This document shows positions 15,173-23,405 of a DNA stretch of 32,000 nt, piece by piece (position 1 is the first letter of the stretch; the number at the start of each line of letters is the position of its first letter). The stretch covers positions 128,569-160,568 of the forward strand of contig JHVP01000011.1 of the NCBI GenBank assembly GCA_000620205.1, written 5' to 3'. The DNA comes from Geodermatophilaceae bacterium URHA0031. Its GTDB lineage: Bacteria > Actinomycetota > Actinomycetes > Mycobacteriales > Geodermatophilaceae. The notes below the pieces were generated by a model, which did not search any database, had not been told where the DNA came from, and saw only the letters and a program-made list of their open reading frames with translations. A program made the position numbers and the translations under genes.

Positions 15173-16213
15173 ATGCGCATCCCGCGGACCATGAGGGCAC
15201 GAGACCCTCGAGCAGCAGCCCGGACGGCGGTCCTGGTGCTGCTGGTCTGCGCCGTCACCCTGATGGTCTTCTCGCTCTTCGGCCCCAACGCCGTCTCCCA
15301 GACGGGGATCACGGCGTCCTGGATCAGTGCCGCACTGCTCGTCGCCCTCGCCGCCGCCTTCCAGCTCGCCCTGCCGGAGCGGATCGACCGCCACGGTGGC
15401 TACGTGCTGATCGCGCTGATCGGGGTGACTCTTTGCTGCGGGATGAACTGGATCACCAGTGACCCCTCGGCCGGCGCCCAGGCGTTCCTCGCCTTCCCGG
15501 TCCTGTGGGCCGGGGTGCACCTGCGCCGGGACGCCGTCGCGCTGGTCACCCTGGTCGCGATCGGCGGTGACGCGGTCGTGCTGTTCCACCTCGAGCCGCT
15601 CGGCAACGCCGTCACCGACCTCAGCTTCTTCGGCGCCGTGCTCGCCGTGATGGCCCTCATGCTGGTGCGCTCCGGGGAGACCCAGGACCGGCTGGTCGCG
15701 CTGCTCCAGGAGCAGGCCAGCATCGACTCGCTGACCGGGCTGGTCAACCGCCGGGTCCTCGACGAGGCCCTCAGCACCGCCCTGACCACCCGGATCAGCC
15801 GGCACGGCACCGCGCTGGTGCTCGTCGACGTCGACTCCTTCAAGTCCATCAACGACCAGCACGGGCACCCCGTCGGCGATGACGCGCTGGCACACATCGC
15901 CGGCGTGCTCGGCACCGTGGTGCGGGCCAGCGACGCGGTGGTCAGCCGGATGGGCGGCGACGAGCTCGCCGTCCTGCTGCTCGACTGCCCCGCCGACGTC
16001 GCGGTCCGCCGGGCCACCGAGGTGCTGGACGCCGTCCGCGCCGCGCCCCTGGTCCTCCCGGACGGCGGCCTGCTGGGGATCTCGGTCAGCCTCGGTGTGG
16101 CCCACGCCCCCTCGCACGCCCTCGGCCTGGAAGAGCTCTACGCGGCCGCCGACCAGGCGCTGTACGCGGCCAAGCGCGCGGGGCGCGGCCGGGTCGAGGT
16201 GGCCGGCGTCTGA
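15173..16213 (+). CDS. membrane-anchored GGDEF-domain protein (diguanylate cyclase-like; motif reads GGDEL)
   Basis: In ORF 15134..16213. The start is uncertain (GTG 15134, ATG 15173 or ATG 15191). The N-terminus has multiple hydrophobic helices. The C-terminal GGDEF domain reads SLTGLVNRRVLDE..VLVDVDSFKSINDQHGHPVGDDAL..RMGGDELAVLL..ADQALYAAKRAGRGRV. Confidence 0.85.
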   Translation: MRIPRTMRARDPRAAARTAVLVLLVCAVTLMVFSLFGPNAVSQTGITASWISAALLVALAAAFQLALPERIDRHGGYVLIALIGVTLCCGMNWITSDPSAGAQAFLAFPVLWAGVHLRRDAVALVTLVAIGGDAVVLFHLEPLGNAVTDLSFFGAVLAVMALMLVRSGETQDRLVALLQEQASIDSLTGLVNRRVLDEALSTALTTRISRHGTALVLVDVDSFKSINDQHGHPVGDDALAHIAGVLGTVVRASDAVVSRMGGDELAVLLLDCPADVAVRRATEVLDAVRAAPLVLPDGGLLGISVSLGVAHAPSHALGLEELYAAADQALYAAKRAGRGRVEVAGV

Positions 16214-16231
16214 GAGGACCCCGCTGCAGGG

Positions 16232-17347
16232 TCAGATGAGCCGGCGCACGGTGGCGGCGAGGGTCCGCGCGGTCAACCGGCCGTCGGCCAGGCCGAGGGC
16301 GACCACGTCGTCGAACACCCGCTGCTCGGCCACGGCCGCCCGCACGGCGGCGTCCATGAGCAGCGGCCACCGGCTCAGCTGAGAGGCGGCACCCGAGGAC
16401 CGCAGGTGCGCGCCCAGCCGCTGGTGCAGCGCCCGCCGCAGCACCTGCCCGGCCTGCGCCCCGGCCGCCGACGCCGCTCCGGCGAGCGCTCCGGACAGCA
16501 CCGCGTAGAAGATCCCCTCGCCGGTCAGCGGGTTGATCAGCGACTGCGCGTCCCCGGCCAGCAGCACCCGCCCACCCGGCAGCCGGGGCCGGCCGGTCGA
16601 CAGCGGCAGCCGGTGCGCCCGCAGCCCGGTCGGCTCGACCCCCGGCAGCATCCGGTGCAGCCCGGCCAGCAGCTCCGCCCGGGTCACCCCGCCCGAGACG
16701 AGCTCGCCGTACCCCACGTTGGCCCGCCCGTCGCCCAGCGGGAACGACCAGGCGTACGCCGGCCAGCGCTGCTGCGTCGTCGTCACCACCTGCACGCCGT
16801 CCATCCCGGGCAGCACGGGGGCGTAACCACGGATCGCGACGGCCAGCCGGTCCGGCCGGTTCGGGAGCACACCCAGTGCCCGCCGGACGACGGACTCCGC
16901 GCCGTCCGCGCCGACCAGCACGGGCGCCCGGAACCGGCCGTCGACCTCGACGTGCGTGGGGTGGACGACGACCGACCGGACCGTGTGCCGGTGGAACCGG
17001 GCGCCGCCGGCCAGCACCTGCTCGAGCAGCCGTCCGTCCAGGACCGCCCGGGGGACGACGACCGACGGGCGCGCCGTGGCCCGCTCGACCGTCGTCCCGC
17101 GCGGGCCCCGCAACCGGAGCCGGGGGACGGCGGGGAAGCCGTCGGTCAGCGCCGCGACGTCGATGCCGAGGACGGCCAGCACGTCCAGCGCCTCAGGGGC
17201 GATCCCGTCACCGCAGACCTTGTCCCGCGGGAAGGCGGCGCGGTCGAGCACCAGCACGTCGGCGTCCGGACGGGCCCGGCGGACGGCGGCGGCACACGCG
17301 GCTCCCGCCGGACCGCCGCCGACGACGAGGACGTCCGCGTGCTCCAT
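16232..17347 (-). CDS. geranylgeranyl reductase family / FAD-dependent oxidoreductase
   Basis: This is the C-terminal 371 codons of track ORF 16232..17974, starting at the ATG at 17347. Contains MEHADVLVVGGGPAGAACA (the FAD GxGxxG motif), ..CGDGI.. and ..LAGDAQSLINPLTGEGI. Confidence 0.8.
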   Translation of the reverse strand: MEHADVLVVGGGPAGAACAAAVRRARPDADVLVLDRAAFPRDKVCGDGIAPEALDVLAVLGIDVAALTDGFPAVPRLRLRGPRGTTVERATARPSVVVPRAVLDGRLLEQVLAGGARFHRHTVRSVVVHPTHVEVDGRFRAPVLVGADGAESVVRRALGVLPNRPDRLAVAIRGYAPVLPGMDGVQVVTTTQQRWPAYAWSFPLGDGRANVGYGELVSGGVTRAELLAGLHRMLPGVEPTGLRAHRLPLSTGRPRLPGGRVLLAGDAQSLINPLTGEGIFYAVLSGALAGAASAAGAQAGQVLRRALHQRLGAHLRSSGAASQLSRWPLLMDAAVRAAVAEQRVFDDVVALGLADGRLTARTLAATVRRLI

Positions 17348-17349
17348 GC

Positions 17350-17949
17350 TCAGGCGGCCGGCGGGGTCCACTTGCGGGCCGGGTGCTCGTAGCCCTCGAC
17401 GAAGGCCAGCAGCTCCGCGGCGTCGTGCACCACGCCGAGCGCCTCCAGCCGGTGCGCGGCCAGGTAGCCGTCGTCGACCATCCGGCGCAGCTGGGTCAGC
17501 TGCGGTTGCCAGAACCCGTCGACGTCGAGGAACGCCGTCGGCTTTGCGTGCAGACCGAGCATCCCCCAGGTCCAGGCCTCGAACAGCTCCTCGAGGGTGC
17601 CCGCGGCGCCGGGGAGCGCGACGAAGGCGTCGGCCAGCTCGGCCATCCGCGCCTTGCGCTCGTGCATCGTCTGCACGACCTCGATGTGCTGCAGCCCGGG
17701 GTGCGCCAGCTCGTCGTCCACCAGGTGCTGCGGGATGACCCCGACGACCTCGCCGCCGGCGGCCAGCGCGGCGTCGGCGACGACGCCCATCAGGCCGACG
17801 TGCCCGCCGCCGTAGACGACGCCGATGCCGGCGGAGGCCAGGTCGGCGGCGAAGGCCGCGGCGGCCTGCTGGTGGGACGGCGGCCCGGCCTGGGACCCGG
17901 TGAAGACGGCGATGCGCACGCCCCGGACGGTAGTGGAGTGCCAGCGCAT
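17350..17949 (-). CDS. LOG family protein (TIGR00730; nucleotide 5'-monophosphate phosphoribohydrolase type)
   Basis: ORF 17350..17949. Contains VVYGGGHVGLMG and ALPGAAGTLEELFE (the PGGxGTxEE-type motif). The stop is 2 nt before the downstream gene start. Confidence 0.85.
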   Translation of the reverse strand: MRWHSTTVRGVRIAVFTGSQAGPPSHQQAAAAFAADLASAGIGVVYGGGHVGLMGVVADAALAAGGEVVGVIPQHLVDDELAHPGLQHIEVVQTMHERKARMAELADAFVALPGAAGTLEELFEAWTWGMLGLHAKPTAFLDVDGFWQPQLTQLRRMVDDGYLAAHRLEALGVVHDAAELLAFVEGYEHPARKWTPPAA

Positions 17950-17980
17950 CGTTTTCCGAGCGCTGGCACTCCACTCAGCC

Positions 17981-18436
17981 TCACGCGTAGGCGCGGGTGA
18001 CCCACTCGGCGATGCAGACCGGCTTGTCGCCGCCCTCGCGCTCCACCGTGACGGCGACGGTGTTCTGCAGCCCGCCGGCGACCTCCTCCACGTCCTTGAG
18101 CACCACGCGCGCCCGGACCTTCGAGCCGACCGGCACCGGCGCGGGGAACCGCACCTTGTTGAGGCCGTAGTTCACGCCCATCTTCGCGTCGGTGATCGTG
18201 TAGGTCTGCGAGACCAGCGGCACGATGAGCGACAGGGTCAGGTAGCCGTGCGCGATCGGGCCGCCGAACGGGCTCTCCTTCTTCGCCCGCTCGACGTCGA
18301 CGTGGATCCACTGGTGGTCACCGGTGGCGTCGGCGAACAGGTTGACCGCTTCCTGGGTCACCTCGTACCAGTCGCTGACGCCGAGCTCCTGGCCCTTCAG
18401 CGAGGGCAGTTCGGCGATCGTGGTGGTGGTGGTCAT
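17981..18436 (-). CDS. MaoC-like (R-specific) enoyl-CoA hydratase/dehydratase
   Basis: ORF 17981..18436. Hotdog-fold motif: FADATGDHQWIHVDVERAKKESPFGGPIAHGYLT. Its ATG overlaps the stop of the upstream ligase (ATGA). Confidence 0.85.
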   Translation of the reverse strand: MTTTTTIAELPSLKGQELGVSDWYEVTQEAVNLFADATGDHQWIHVDVERAKKESPFGGPIAHGYLTLSLIVPLVSQTYTITDAKMGVNYGLNKVRFPAPVPVGSKVRARVVLKDVEEVAGGLQNTVAVTVEREGGDKPVCIAEWVTRAYA

Positions 18437-19959
18437 GCGTCCTCCTCGGTGAGCACGTACGTGTGTCGTAGGTCGGGCTTCCGGATCTTGCCGGTCGCGG
18501 TCTTGGGGAGCTCCGCCACGTAGCGGACCTCCTTGGGCACCTTGAACCCGGCGAGCCGTTCTCGCAGCCTGGCGCGCAGGGCGTCGCCGTCCTGGGCGGC
18601 GCCGGGGGCGGGGACGACGACGGCCAGGCCGACCTCGCCCCAGTGCGGGTCGGGCACCCCGATGACCGCGACCTCTTGCACCTCGGGCAGCTCGAGCATC
18701 ACGGACTCGACCTCGGCCGGGTACACGTTCTCCCCGCCGGAGATGATCATGTCCTTGTAGCGGTCGCGGATGTAGAGGAAGCCCTCGTCGTCCATCGAGC
18801 CGGCGTCCCCGGTGTGGTACCAGCCGTCCCGCAGCACCTCGGCGGTGCGCTGCGGGTCGTCCCAGTAGCCGGCCATCACGTTCGGCCCGGAGACGACGAC
18901 CTCGCCGACCTCGTCCACGTCGGCGTCGGTGCCGTCGAACCGCACCACCCGGACGTCGGTGAAGAAGAGCGGCTTGCCCGCGGAGCCGACCTTGCGGACG
19001 GCGTCGGCCGAGTCGAGCACCGTGCAGCCCGGCGCCGCCTCGGTCATCCCGTAGGCCTGCTGCATGGTCACCCCCCGTTCGAGCCAGGTCTGCAGGGTCG
19101 GCAGCGGCAGCGGAGCGCCGGCGGCGCCGATCGTGCGCAGCTGCGAGAGGTCACGGGTGCGGAACTCCGGCAGCCGCGACATCGCGTCCAGCATCGTCGG
19201 GACGGCGAAGAAGGAGTTGACCCGCTGCTCCTCGATGACCCGCAGCGTCTCGGGCGGGTCGAAGCGACGGACGACGACCGCGCAGCCGCCGCGCATCAGG
19301 GTGGGGTTGAGCGTCCCGTTCAGCCCGCCGATGTGGAACAGGGGCGCCAGCCCCAGGGTGCGCTCGTCGGCGGTGAAGTCCATGCCCATCGCCTGGTTGA
19401 CCGCGTTCCACGTCATGTTGCCGTGGGTGAGCACCGCGCCCTTGGGCCGGCCGGTGGTGCCGGAGGTGTACATGACGAGGCACGGGTCCTCGAGCGCCAC
19501 CGGGACGTCGCGGGGCTGCGGGTCCGCGGCCGCCAGCAGGTCCTCGTACGGCAGCGAGTCGTTGCCGGCCGGTTCGGCGGCGATCCAGGTGGGGACGACG
19601 TCGTGCAGCGCGTCGGCAAGCCCGCCGTGTTCGCGGCCGTGCACGACCACCGAGGCCCCGGAGTGCTCGAGCACGTACTGCACCTCGGGGGCGGTGAGCC
19701 GGGCGTTGACCGGCACCCAGATCGCGCCGAGCTGCCCGCAGGCGTAGAGGGTCTCCAGCGCCGAGGGGTGGTTGCCGCCGGTCCAGGCCACCCGGACACC
19801 CGGCTGCACGCCCAGGCTCTCCAGCGCCGCGGCGGCCCGGCGTACCCGAACCGCGAACTCACCGTGGCTGGTCGTCGTCCCCTCGAACCAGATGGCGTCC
19901 CGGTCCGGCGAGATCCGCAGCCGCCGCTCCGGCCAGGAGCCCAGGCCCGCGTTCCTCAC
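18433..19959 (-). CDS. AMP-dependent acyl/aryl-CoA synthetase (ligase)
   Basis: In ORF 18433..20049. The GTG at 19959 overlaps the upstream stop (GTGA). Motifs: YTSGTTGRPKGAV, YGMTE, GWYHTGD, ISGGENVYPAEVE, PKTATGKIRK. Confidence 0.9.
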   Translation of the reverse strand: MRNAGLGSWPERRLRISPDRDAIWFEGTTTSHGEFAVRVRRAAAALESLGVQPGVRVAWTGGNHPSALETLYACGQLGAIWVPVNARLTAPEVQYVLEHSGASVVVHGREHGGLADALHDVVPTWIAAEPAGNDSLPYEDLLAAADPQPRDVPVALEDPCLVMYTSGTTGRPKGAVLTHGNMTWNAVNQAMGMDFTADERTLGLAPLFHIGGLNGTLNPTLMRGGCAVVVRRFDPPETLRVIEEQRVNSFFAVPTMLDAMSRLPEFRTRDLSQLRTIGAAGAPLPLPTLQTWLERGVTMQQAYGMTEAAPGCTVLDSADAVRKVGSAGKPLFFTDVRVVRFDGTDADVDEVGEVVVSGPNVMAGYWDDPQRTAEVLRDGWYHTGDAGSMDDEGFLYIRDRYKDMIISGGENVYPAEVESVMLELPEVQEVAVIGVPDPHWGEVGLAVVVPAPGAAQDGDALRARLRERLAGFKVPKEVRYVAELPKTATGKIRKPDLRHTYVLTEEDA

Positions 19960-20831
19960 CGCAGCCCCAGCGCCCGGATCGCGTTCTCCTTCATGATCAG
20001 CGGCTTGACCTCGGGCTTGATGTCCAGCTGCTCGAAGTCGGCGATCCACCGCTCGGGGCGCAGCAGCGGGTAGTCCGAGCCGAACAGCACCTTGTGCTTG
20101 AGCAGCCCGTTGGCGGCCTTGACCAGCTGCGGTGGGAAGTACTTCGGCGACCAGCCGGACAGGTCGATGTAGGCGTTGGCCTTGTGCGTGGCGACCGAGA
20201 TCGCAGCGTCCTGCCAGGGCACCGAGGGGTGGGCCATGATGATCGTCAGGTCGGGGAAGTCGGCGGCGACGTCGTCCAGCAGCATCGGGTCGGAGTAGCG
20301 CAGCTTGATCCCGCGCCCGCCGGGGAGTCCCGCCCCGATCCCGGTCTGACCGGTGTGGAACAGCGCCGGGACGCCGAGGGCCTGGATCTCCTCGTACAGC
20401 GGGTACACCGACCGGTCGTTGGGCTCGAAGGCCTGGATCGACGGGTGGAACTTGAACCCGCGGACCCCGTGCTGCTCGACGAGCTTGCGGGCCAGCGCGA
20501 TGCCCGTGCTGCCCCGCGCCGGGTCGACCGAGCCGAAGGGGATGAGCACGTCGGGGTGCTCGGCGGCGAGGTCGGCGATCTCCTCGTTGGACAGCGCCGG
20601 GTGCCCGGTGGCGTGCTCGATGTCGACGGTGAAGACGACGGCGGCCATGTTCTTGGCCCGGTAGTCCGCGGCGATGTCCGGCACGGTCGGGTTGTAGGGG
20701 TCGCCCTTGAAGTACTTGGCGGCCGCCTCGTTGAGCTCGTCGTCCAGCGCCAGGTGGCCGTGGGTGTCGGCGTGCACGTGGGTGTGCACGTCGATCGCGA
20801 CCAGCCCGTCGAGGTCCAGTTGGAGCGTCAC
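19956..20831 (-). CDS. amidohydrolase-2 superfamily metal-dependent hydrolase
   Basis: This is the C-terminal 291 codons of track ORF 19956..21800. The GTG at 20831 overlaps the SDR stop (GTGA). Contains VAIDVHTHVH (the HxH metal motif), ..FKFHP.., ..HTGQ.., ..IIMAHPSVPW.. and ..LFGSDYP. Confidence 0.8.
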   Translation of the reverse strand: MTLQLDLDGLVAIDVHTHVHADTHGHLALDDELNEAAAKYFKGDPYNPTVPDIAADYRAKNMAAVVFTVDIEHATGHPALSNEEIADLAAEHPDVLIPFGSVDPARGSTGIALARKLVEQHGVRGFKFHPSIQAFEPNDRSVYPLYEEIQALGVPALFHTGQTGIGAGLPGGRGIKLRYSDPMLLDDVAADFPDLTIIMAHPSVPWQDAAISVATHKANAYIDLSGWSPKYFPPQLVKAANGLLKHKVLFGSDYPLLRPERWIADFEQLDIKPEVKPLIMKENAIRALGLR

Positions 20832-21736
20832 TTCGGTGGCTCCGGCAGCTGCTGGCCCACCGTCTGCAGGGAGCCCTCGAAGGCCTTCGGCCAGACCTCG
20901 GCGATGGCGTCGGCGGACCAGCCGGTGCCGTCGGCGAACTCGACGACGACCTCGCTGGGGTGCGACCAGAGCGCCAGCCGGTCCCCGCCGATGCCGACCG
21001 CCTGCCCGGTGATCCCGGCCGCGGCGTCGGAGGCGAGGAAGGCGACCAGCCCGGCGGCGTCCTCCGGCGTCCCGAAGCCCATCTCCTGGCGGGCGAAGGC
21101 CGGCAACGGCTCGCCCTTCTTCAGCATCTCGATGTACGGCTGGACGAAGGGGACGGTCTCGGTCATCGCGGTGGCGGCGACCGGGACGATCGCGTTCACG
21201 GTGATCCCCGCCCGGGCCAGCTCCATCGCCCAGGTGCGGACCATGCCGACGATCCCGGCCTTGGCCGCGGCGTAGTTGGTCTGGCCGAAGTTGCCGACCT
21301 GGCCGGTGGGGGACCCGACGCAGATGATCCGGCCGCCCTCGCCCTGCTCGCGCATCCGGATCGCCGCCGCCCGGGTGCAGGTGAACGTCCCGCGCAGGTG
21401 GGTGGTGATGACCGCGTCGAACTGCTCGTCGGTCATCTTCCACAGCGTGGTGTCGCGCAGGATGCCGGCGTTGTTGACCAGGACGTCCAGCCGGCCGAAC
21501 TCGGCCACCGCCCGGTCGACCAGCGCCTGGGCGGCCTCGCTCGTGCCGACGGGCACGACCTCGGCCACGGCGCTGCCGCCTGCTTCGGTGATCGAGGCGA
21601 CCGCCGCCTCGGCGACCGCCGCCTCGACGTCGTTGACCACGACCGCGGCGCCGCGACGGGCCAGCTCGGTGGCGTAGGCGAGGCCGAGGCCCCGCCCGGA
21701 TCCGGTGACGACGGCGACCTTGCCGGTCAGGTCCAC
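20828..21736 (-). CDS. SDR-family NAD(P)-dependent (3-hydroxyacyl-CoA) dehydrogenase
   Basis: ORF 20828..21736 (GTG start, AGGAGC upstream). Contains TGSGRGLG (Rossmann motif), NNAG, and YAAAK (the YxxxK catalytic motif). Confidence 0.85.
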   Translation of the reverse strand: MDLTGKVAVVTGSGRGLGLAYATELARRGAAVVVNDVEAAVAEAAVASITEAGGSAVAEVVPVGTSEAAQALVDRAVAEFGRLDVLVNNAGILRDTTLWKMTDEQFDAVITTHLRGTFTCTRAAAIRMREQGEGGRIICVGSPTGQVGNFGQTNYAAAKAGIVGMVRTWAMELARAGITVNAIVPVAATAMTETVPFVQPYIEMLKKGEPLPAFARQEMGFGTPEDAAGLVAFLASDAAAGITGQAVGIGGDRLALWSHPSEVVVEFADGTGWSADAIAEVWPKAFEGSLQTVGQQLPEPPK

Positions 21737-21814
21737 GGGTGCTCCTCAAGAGACAGGGGGTGGTCCCGGCAACGTAGGTGGGTATCGTGGAGGTTGTCAA
21801 CGATGGAGGTGTGC

Positions 21815-22243
21815 ATGGGTCAGCCCCTGGCCGACGACCTGGGATTCCTGCTCTCCCGCGCCAGCGGGCAGGTCGTGCGGGCGACGAACGCCGCCCTGGC
21901 CGAGCACGGGCTGCGCGTGCGGTCCTACTCGGTGCTGGTGCTGGCCTGCGAGGCCGCGGACGGGCTCAGCCAGCGCGAGCTGGCGACCGTGCTCGGCCTG
22001 GACCCCTCCCAGGTCGTGCTGCTGGTCGACGAGCTGGCCGCCGCCGGGCTGGTGGAGCGGCAGGCGGCCGAGGCGGACCGGCGCACCCGGCTCGTGGTCC
22101 CGACACCTGAGGGCCGACGAGTCCGCGACGCCGCCGGCCGGGCTGCGGACGCCGCCGCCGAGACCCCGCTGGGGCTGCTCGGGGACGGCGAGCGGGACCG
22201 GCTCCGGGACATGCTCACCCGCATCTGGACCGCCACCGGCTGA
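21815..22243 (+). CDS. MarR family transcriptional regulator
   Basis: In track ORF 20960..22243. The ATG at 21815 follows GGAGGT. The winged HTH reads LSQRELATVLGLDPSQVVLLVDELAAAGLVERQAAEADRRTRLVVPTPEG. It is divergent from the SDR operon. Confidence 0.85.
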   Translation: MGQPLADDLGFLLSRASGQVVRATNAALAEHGLRVRSYSVLVLACEAADGLSQRELATVLGLDPSQVVLLVDELAAAGLVERQAAEADRRTRLVVPTPEGRRVRDAAGRAADAAAETPLGLLGDGERDRLRDMLTRIWTATG

Positions 22244-22261
22244 GCGCCGGGGGCGCGCCGT

Positions 22262-22333
22262 CGCCGTCCACCGAAAGCGCGCCTGTGGCGCCGTCCCCCG
22301 CGACGCCGTCCACCGAAGGCGCGCCTTTGGCGC
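22262..22333. repeat. imperfect tandem repeat (period 42 nt, 28/30 identical cores), each core with a GC hairpin
   Basis: cgccgtccaccgaaagcgcgcctgtggcgc (22262..22291) versus cgccgtccaccgaaggcgcgcctttggcgc (22304..22333). Each contains GCGCC-nnn-GGCGC. The repeat lies between the convergent MarR and PaaX genes. Confidence 0.7.
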
Positions 22334-22383
22334 TGCCCGCCGGCGACCTCGTGCACCGCGAGCGCGCTCAGGCCGGGGAGGGG

Positions 22384-23244
22384 TCAGCGGCCGTGGGCGC
22401 GGAGGCTGCGTTCCAGTGCGGCGCGGGCGGCCGGGGCGAGGCCGTCGAAGACACGGCGGTAGACCGCGCTGCTGACCGCGGCGGGCCAGGCCGGGCCCAG
22501 CTGCGGGGCGGGCAGGCCCGGGTCGGTGCGCAGCAGGGAGAGCCAGTCCGCGCCCAGCAGCGTGAGCTGCGCCAGCGACCCCGCGACCCGGGGCGGGCGG
22601 CTCCACGTGTCGATGAACCAGGTGTGCGCCGCGCGGACGGCCGGCACGTCCCAGGCCCGGTGCACCAGGCGGTGCACGTCGGTCCCCGGCAGCGGCCGGG
22701 CGGCGAAGGCGTCGGCCAGGCCGGCGACGTCGGCCAGGTCCGAGCGACCCAGGACGGCGACGACGTCGACCGTCCCCGGCGCGATCCACAGCCCGTCCCG
22801 CAGCCCGCCGAACCCGGCCCAGGTCAGCCGTGCGCGCACCCGGTGCCGCAGGTCGCGGCGGCTCTCCGGCACCGAGTAGCTCAGCAGCGTCCACTCGCCG
22901 TCGGGGTGCTCGAACGGCGCCGGGGAGGCCACCCGGTCGGTGGCGCGGCGCAGCACGTCCTCGGCGCGAGGGGTGAGGGTGTACTCCGCCGTCCGGCCGA
23001 CCTGCCCCCGGACGAGCAGCCCACGCTGGGTCATCCGCTTGAGGGTGGCCCGCGCCGCGGCCTCGGTCACCCCGAGGTCGGCCAGCAGGTCGAGCAGGGT
23101 CCCCGACGGCAGCGGCGGCAGGCCGGCGTCCACGACCAGGGCGCCGAAGAAACTCAGCAGCAGCGACTGCGGCCGGTGCGCAACGCCGGACGCCGACGGT
23201 TCCTCGCCACCGGGCTCGTCCTCGACGGCCGGCAGTGCGCTCAT
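22384..23244 (-). CDS. PaaX-family transcriptional regulator
   Basis: In ORF 22384..23361. The ATG at 23244 follows GGGGAGG. Contains PQSLLLSFFGALVVD..LLADLGVTEAAARATLKRMTQRGLL...WTLLSY..RDLRHRVRARLTWAGFGGLRDGLWIAP, which is typical of PaaX N and C domains. Confidence 0.8.
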   Translation of the reverse strand: MSALPAVEDEPGGEEPSASGVAHRPQSLLLSFFGALVVDAGLPPLPSGTLLDLLADLGVTEAAARATLKRMTQRGLLVRGQVGRTAEYTLTPRAEDVLRRATDRVASPAPFEHPDGEWTLLSYSVPESRRDLRHRVRARLTWAGFGGLRDGLWIAPGTVDVVAVLGRSDLADVAGLADAFAARPLPGTDVHRLVHRAWDVPAVRAAHTWFIDTWSRPPRVAGSLAQLTLLGADWLSLLRTDPGLPAPQLGPAWPAAVSSAVYRRVFDGLAPAARAALERSLRAHGR

Positions 23245-23314
23245 GGAGCCTCCCCGTTCCTGCTGCAGATCCCGGCACGACGGGACCAGATGCGGAACAA
23301 AGCTAGACACTCGC

Positions 23315-23343
23315 TTGACGCACGTCGAGATGTTCTCTAACTT
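23315..23343 (+). promoter_or_regulatory. sigma-70-type promoter candidate for ABC/ligase operon
   Basis: TTGACG (23315..23320), a 17-nt spacer, then TAACTT (23338..23343). It sits in the only AT-richer stretch of the PaaX/ABC divergent intergenic region. An imperfect inverted repeat TGACGCA..TGCGTGA flanks it. Confidence 0.4.
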
Positions 23344-23405
23344 TTGCGTGACCTGGACCACGAAGATGCGCGATCGGGTCCTGCCGCCGAACCAGGAGGA
23401 CGTCC

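Noticed and set aside
16232-17974. Track ORF of 580 aa as a single gene.
   Set aside because: The N-terminal ~209 residues are an RG-rich off-frame read-through of the LOG gene. The real flavoprotein starts at MEHADVLVVGGGPAG (17347), and LOG occupies 17350..17949 in another frame.
19956-21800. Track ORF of 614 aa as a single gene.
   Set aside because: Only the C-terminal 291 codons (from GTG 20831) look like protein (amidohydrolase). The upstream part is the off-frame shadow of the SDR gene 20828..21736.
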